The notes under the pieces were generated by a model. It was not told where the DNA came from and did not search any database. It saw only the letters and a list, made by a program, of their open reading frames with translations. From a virus (Duplodnaviria; Caudoviricetes): a stretch of 64,000 bases of DNA. Shown one piece after another: positions 59,649 to 64,000 of this stretch. The stretch is from IMG/VR virus record IMGVR_UViG_3300037400_002094, positions 1-64,000 of that record. One strand, written 5' to 3'. Numbering within the stretch: the stretch's first letter is position 1; each line of letters starts with the position of its first letter. The translations under genes were made by a program, and so were the position numbers.

Positions 59649-60734
59649 ATGAAAATAGGAATTTGTTTCGGTGGGTATTGCCCAATGCATCGTGGACACC
59701 TCGATGCCATCATGAGGGCTAAGAAGGAGAATGACAAGGCATTTGTCATCGTCTGCGGGTACGACAATGAGGAACGTGCTGGCAACATCAACATGACGTT
59801 GAAGGAGCGCACGGCAATTGTACGTAAAATATTCGAGAAGGACGAGCTTATTACTGTATTGTCCATTAACGACACAGAGCTTGGTATTGACGAGAGTATG
59901 TGTGATAACAACTGGATTGTATGGCAAGAGAAGGTTAAAGAACTAGTTGGTTTTGACAAATACGATTTGTATACTAAATATACTTGGTATGTTGCAGAGC
60001 CTTATTACAAGGAAATGCTGGAGAAACATAACCTTCTTAATGCTCAAACCACACTGATTGATAAGGTTGTGCCTGTAAGTGGTACTGCCATCCGTGAGAA
60101 TCCATTGAAGTACTGGAAGTACATTGTTAGGGAGTACCGAAACAACCTGTGTCATAACATCCTTATTACTGGCACTGCTTCTGAGGGTAAGACAACCCTA
60201 GTGCGTGACATTTCCACGTACTTTGGTATTGACCACTCTGAGGAGTATGGAAGGGATGATTTGCTTGCCAAGTGTAAGACCGACACAGACCTTACGGCAG
60301 ATGATTTCATAGACTTCCTTATTGGTCAGAGTGTGGACGTATGTAAGCGTGTAAGGAACAACGACCAGGGTGTGTTTATCTCTGATACTGACAACCTTGT
60401 TACGCTGATGTATGCACTGGCTTATACAGAAGACCCAAACGTGCCTATCACTAAGGAAGAGTACGATACAAAGGTGCTTCCAGCAGCTAAGTCACTTGCA
60501 GGTCGTGTGAAGTGGGATAAGATTTTCCTGCTGCCTCCAAAGAATAAGTTTGTGGACGATGGCAGTCGCTACATGAAGCAGTCGTCTATCGACGAGCGTA
60601 TTGCCAACTTCAACAAGCTGGTTGAGCTGCTTAAGGAGTTTGGTCTCTGGGAGAAGGTGAAGATTCTTGACGGCGATTTCCTGTCAAATTTCAACAAGTT
60701 AAAGGATTACATTAACAGTTTGTATAATGAGTAA
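59649..60734 (+). CDS. nadR: NadR-like bifunctional NMN adenylyltransferase/ribosylnicotinamide kinase (no HTH)
   Basis: FGGYCPMHRGH (HxGH), VSGTAIRENP.KYW, P-loop GTASEGKT, EEYGR, DTD, FVDDG.R. Confidence 0.88.
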   Translation: MKIGICFGGYCPMHRGHLDAIMRAKKENDKAFVIVCGYDNEERAGNINMTLKERTAIVRKIFEKDELITVLSINDTELGIDESMCDNNWIVWQEKVKELVGFDKYDLYTKYTWYVAEPYYKEMLEKHNLLNAQTTLIDKVVPVSGTAIRENPLKYWKYIVREYRNNLCHNILITGTASEGKTTLVRDISTYFGIDHSEEYGRDDLLAKCKTDTDLTADDFIDFLIGQSVDVCKRVRNNDQGVFISDTDNLVTLMYALAYTEDPNVPITKEEYDTKVLPAAKSLAGRVKWDKIFLLPPKNKFVDDGSRYMKQSSIDERIANFNKLVELLKEFGLWEKVKILDGDFLSNFNKLKDYINSLYNE

Positions 60735-61392
60735 GAGTTTTTCGGACATAGTGAGGCTTGAGGGTACTCATGCTGGCGTGAATTTCAGCGTGTTCTTCAT
60801 CCTTCTTGGCGTGTTGACACAGGGACTTGCATTCAAATTCAGTGGCGGTAGTGAGTTGTCATTGATTAGCGGATGCCTTGGTATCATATCCGTTGTATTG
60901 TGCAGTCAGAGAAAGATTTCATTCTATATCTTTGGTTTTGCACAGCTTATCACATATGTCATATTATGTGTGAATGAGAAACTGTATGGAGAAATAGCCG
61001 AGAATGCTTTTTATTTCGTCACAATGCTCTTCGGATTGTTCCATTGGATAAAGCACTACAATGAGAATGAAATAGCCGTAAAGACGAGAAAAATGACTCA
61101 CTTGCAGAATGTGTGGGTATTCATAGCTACTGTGTTCGGAACGCTTATGTTGTACACTGGATTAATGAGAACTGATGACAGCCAGCCACTAATGGATGCA
61201 ATTACCACTCTTCCAGCGTTTGTAGCCCAAATCCTTATGATATTCAGATTCAAGGAGAGTTGGTTCTACTGGTTTATAATTGATGTTGGTAGTATTATAA
61301 TGTGGAGTATTGCTGGTGACTGGTGTATGGTATTGCAGTTTGTATTCTGGACTATCAATTGTATCTATGGCTATTATAAGTGGAGTGATTGA
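60727..61392 (+). CDS. pnuC: PnuC-family vitamin/nicotinamide riboside transporter
   Basis: Multi-pass membrane protein; LYGE, G..HW, P.MDA.TT, AQ.LM, ESW.YW.IID, YGYYKW. Confidence 0.9.
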   Translation: MSKSFSDIVRLEGTHAGVNFSVFFILLGVLTQGLAFKFSGGSELSLISGCLGIISVVLCSQRKISFYIFGFAQLITYVILCVNEKLYGEIAENAFYFVTMLFGLFHWIKHYNENEIAVKTRKMTHLQNVWVFIATVFGTLMLYTGLMRTDDSQPLMDAITTLPAFVAQILMIFRFKESWFYWFIIDVGSIIMWSIAGDWCMVLQFVFWTINCIYGYYKWSD

Positions 61393-61394
61393 CT

Positions 61395-62258
61395 ATGATT
61401 AAGTATAATGTAAACACATGTGACCAGATTGAGAATGAATTGCAGATTCATTTTACAAAGCTGTGTCCTAATAAATGCCCATTCTGTGTAGATGCGTTGA
61501 ATAAGGGACTCCATAATGCGATTAAGAGACCAGATGTGAATGCCATCTATCAGAGGGTATATGAGAACAGGGGTAAGATTAACTCTATCTGTATTAGTGG
61601 TGGAGAGCCTATGCTTTTCATAGATGATGTGTTGGATTTAATTCGTAAGGTTAAGTCCAGCACCAACCTTAAGGTATATGTCATTACATCAGTGCCAGAA
61701 CAGTGTTACCAGTACAAGTATGCGTTCTACAATATCCTTGATGAGTGTGATGGCATGGCAATATCGCCTCAGCACTATAATGAGGAGATTGGAGACCAGA
61801 TACGTGGTCATAAGTCAACATTCGACAGACAGGGATTCTATCGCAGCATCGAGGACAAGAGCAAGATTACCATGAACATCAATATGGTGAAGCCATACTT
61901 GTGTGACAAGGACGAAATCTGCAAGTGTATCGAGCATTATAACCAGATGGGTTTCAAGAACATCAAGCTGGTTGAGCTGTTCGACAGACCAGATATGTTT
62001 GTTTCGTTTGAGAAGACGTTTGGTGTGAAACTAAAGTCACCGTTTGCACACGGTTGTAAGACCGAGTTTGATATTACGCCATATATACCTTCGTATGATG
62101 GCAAGTTCATCCTAAAGAGAACGTGTTTCCTTGTGAACAAGTGTGTTCACGCTACCTTGGCTGATACACTGAAGGCTGCTACCAGGAACATCTTTGGGAA
62201 GGAATACTACTTTGGTGTCGTCTATGAGGATGGAAGTCTTCATCCTTATTGGATTTGA
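61395..62258 (+). CDS. Radical SAM enzyme
   Basis: CPNKCPFC, ISGGEPML. Confidence 0.9.
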   Translation: MIKYNVNTCDQIENELQIHFTKLCPNKCPFCVDALNKGLHNAIKRPDVNAIYQRVYENRGKINSICISGGEPMLFIDDVLDLIRKVKSSTNLKVYVITSVPEQCYQYKYAFYNILDECDGMAISPQHYNEEIGDQIRGHKSTFDRQGFYRSIEDKSKITMNINMVKPYLCDKDEICKCIEHYNQMGFKNIKLVELFDRPDMFVSFEKTFGVKLKSPFAHGCKTEFDITPYIPSYDGKFILKRTCFLVNKCVHATLADTLKAATRNIFGKEYYFGVVYEDGSLHPYWI

Positions 62259-62290
62259 CGGATATTTATAAACATAAAACATATAAGGTT

Positions 62291-62626
62291 ATGGGAAAAC
62301 TTATTCTAATTGAGGAAGGCGAGCTTAAGAAAATGATAAGCGAAGCTGTCACCAATGCGGTTGATGGTATCACTAAGAAGATTACGACTCGTGCAGCAAG
62401 GGCAAACAGAAACATGCTGTTTGTGCCTCCTGTTGTTAATCCTTTTGACGATGATGACGATGATGACTGTGGTTACAGTTGTGGTAGTAGTCGTTCTGTA
62501 GGAGGATGCGGTTCTGATAGCCATTATGACTACAGCTATGGTGGTTGTGGGTCTGGCGGTGGGGGTTGTGGCTCTTCATCACCTTCATACGGTGGTTGTG
62601 GTTATAATGATAGTGGCCGTTGTTAA
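62291..62626 (+). CDS. Leader-motif protein with Asp run and Gly/Cys/Ser/Tyr-rich tail
   Basis: ATG 62291 after TATTTAT at 62263; LILIEEGELKKMISEAV; D7; four GGCG. Confidence 0.75.
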   Translation: MGKLILIEEGELKKMISEAVTNAVDGITKKITTRAARANRNMLFVPPVVNPFDDDDDDDCGYSCGSSRSVGGCGSDSHYDYSYGGCGSGGGGCGSSSPSYGGCGYNDSGRC

Positions 62627-62735
62627 GAAATTATTTTACTCTATAAAATGCAGTCAGAAATGGCTGCATTTTTTGTTTATATTACATCGAAAAAAGTTAA
62701 ATTTTATATACTTATAGGTAATAATTTATGATATA

Positions 62736-63125
62736 ATGGCTAAGAAACAGTTTTTTGGTGTTAAGTTCCCATTTTTGACAGATAATGGGAGACATTTTTA
62801 CGTTGCTGCGAACGAAACCATCGCAGACAAGGTAAAGAGTCAGCTCATGCATATTGTGTTTACACCTAAGGGTCAGAGAATTAGGAATCCAGAGTTTGGA
62901 ACAGACCTCATCAAGTTCATATTCGACCAGAATGATGGTACTACTTGGGAGGCTGTTAAGACTGAGGTTAGTGAATCAGTTGCAAGATGGTCTAATAACC
63001 TGTCTTTGAAGGAGATAAAAGTAGTGAAGAGTGAGGAAGACGAATCACAGGTATTCGTTAGGATTGACTATAGCGTTACAGAAGGTAACAAGGTGACTAA
63101 TGACAGTATAGTAGTAGAGATATAA
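62736..63125 (+). CDS. Baseplate wedge subunit (T4 gp25-like)
   Basis: G.KFPF, TPKGQRIRNPEFGTDL..FIFD. Confidence 0.92.
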   Translation: MAKKQFFGVKFPFLTDNGRHFYVAANETIADKVKSQLMHIVFTPKGQRIRNPEFGTDLIKFIFDQNDGTTWEAVKTEVSESVARWSNNLSLKEIKVVKSEEDESQVFVRIDYSVTEGNKVTNDSIVVEI

Positions 63126-63126
63126 A

Positions 63127-64000
63127 ATGGAAAAGAAGATTAATTATCTGAGCAGGGATTTTGCCAGTATAAAGGAAGAACTTATAAAATTCAGTAATCA
63201 GTACTACCCAGAGGTGGCTGATGACTTTGCTGATTCCAGCGTTGGTGCGTGGTTTATAGACCTAGTATCAGCAGTTGGTGATGACCTTAGTTACCATACC
63301 GACAGGATGTTCCAGGAGACGAACATCAACAGCGCAAGCTTGAAGAGTACACTTCTCAACCTTGCTAGGGCTAATGGCGTGAAAGTACCAGGTCCTAAGG
63401 CATCCATGTGCGAGGTTGAACTCAGTTGTGTCCTTCCTGTTAATACAAATCCTAGCATAGCCGAGCCAGACTGGAACTATGCCCCTATATTACAGAGGAC
63501 CAGTATTGTTTCTGCTGGTGACATAAATTTTGAACTCAGTGAGGATGTAAATTTCTTTAACCAGTTCAATGAGGATGGCATATCTAACAGAAAAATCATG
63601 CCTGTAAGGGATACGAATGGAAATGTTACTGGATATAACGTTACAAAATCTACCATAGTAGTGAACGGAAATACAAAGGTGTACAAGAAGGTAATATATT
63701 CATCTGACCTCAAGCCTTTTATGGAAATCGTACTACCAGAAGTAAACGTAATGAACATTGAATCAATTATATTCAAAGAGACCAGTGATGTTTCAACCTC
63801 ACCTAGAATATATGAGTATTATATTGATGCTGAGGAGTTTAGACTTTCAAAGGATGCTGTAATGACATACAGGTACTTCGAGGTTGACTCACTTGCAGAC
63901 CAGTATAGGTTTGGTATGATATCATCATTCCAGGTTGAGGGTAACAGGGTAATAAACAACATATACAGTCCGCATATCTATGACGATTACACTGAAAAAC
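63127..64000 (+). CDS. Baseplate wedge protein (T4 gp6/baseplate J-like), runs off the window edge
   Basis: Not in ORF track. MEKKINYLSRDFASIKEELIKF...DF.DSSVG..FIDL...GD.LSY..D. Confidence 0.88.
   Translation, partial: MEKKINYLSRDFASIKEELIKFSNQYYPEVADDFADSSVGAWFIDLVSAVGDDLSYHTDRMFQETNINSASLKSTLLNLARANGVKVPGPKASMCEVELSCVLPVNTNPSIAEPDWNYAPILQRTSIVSAGDINFELSEDVNFFNQFNEDGISNRKIMPVRDTNGNVTGYNVTKSTIVVNGNTKVYKKVIYSSDLKPFMEIVLPEVNVMNIESIIFKETSDVSTSPRIYEYYIDAEEFRLSKDAVMTYRYFEVDSLADQYRFGMISSFQVEGNRVINNIYSPHIYDDYTEK

Noticed and set aside
1-64000. Stop-codon reassignment as in Lak-type phages
   Set aside because: Long genes are intact in code 11, and TAG/TGA end genes at natural C-termini (e.g. 7446, 37281, 41619, 53044).
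1-64000. tRNA or rRNA genes
   Set aside because: No cloverleaf or T-loop signature noticed in the intergenic regions; tRNAscan not run.

Overview
A 64 kb segment of a large myovirus (jumbo/huge-phage type) using standard genetic code 11, almost certainly infecting a Bacteroidota host: its early genes carry Bacteroidota sigmaA promoters (TAnnTTTG; where measured, TTTG-N20-TAnnTTTG). Replication and nucleotide genes include a family-B DNA polymerase, gp32-like SSB, thymidine kinase, RecA/UvsX, a 5'-3' exonuclease, DnaB-like helicase and NrdD/NrdG. The contractile-tail module has sheath, tube, gp26/gp51-like chaperones, tape measure, baseplate hub with lysozyme and CHAP-like domains, neck, gp25 and gp6. 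Main findings: (1) an IS1595-family element at the left edge and a transposase-less cassette (20526-22367) with matching terminal inverted repeats and a 9-A target duplication, carrying a BspA-type LRR gene; (2) a TonB-dependent receptor + NadR + PnuC module that could import a pyridine nucleoside and rebuild NAD+, followed by a radical SAM enzyme and a GGCG-repeat peptide; (3) unrelated proteins sharing an N-terminal 'IRLTESDLHRIIKES'-type leader, nearly all behind a TATTTAT late motif, suggesting capsid-targeted cargo; (4) reusable cassettes where a terminator hairpin loop holds the -33 box of the next promoter. Family assignments come from motif recognition by eye; no database searches were run.
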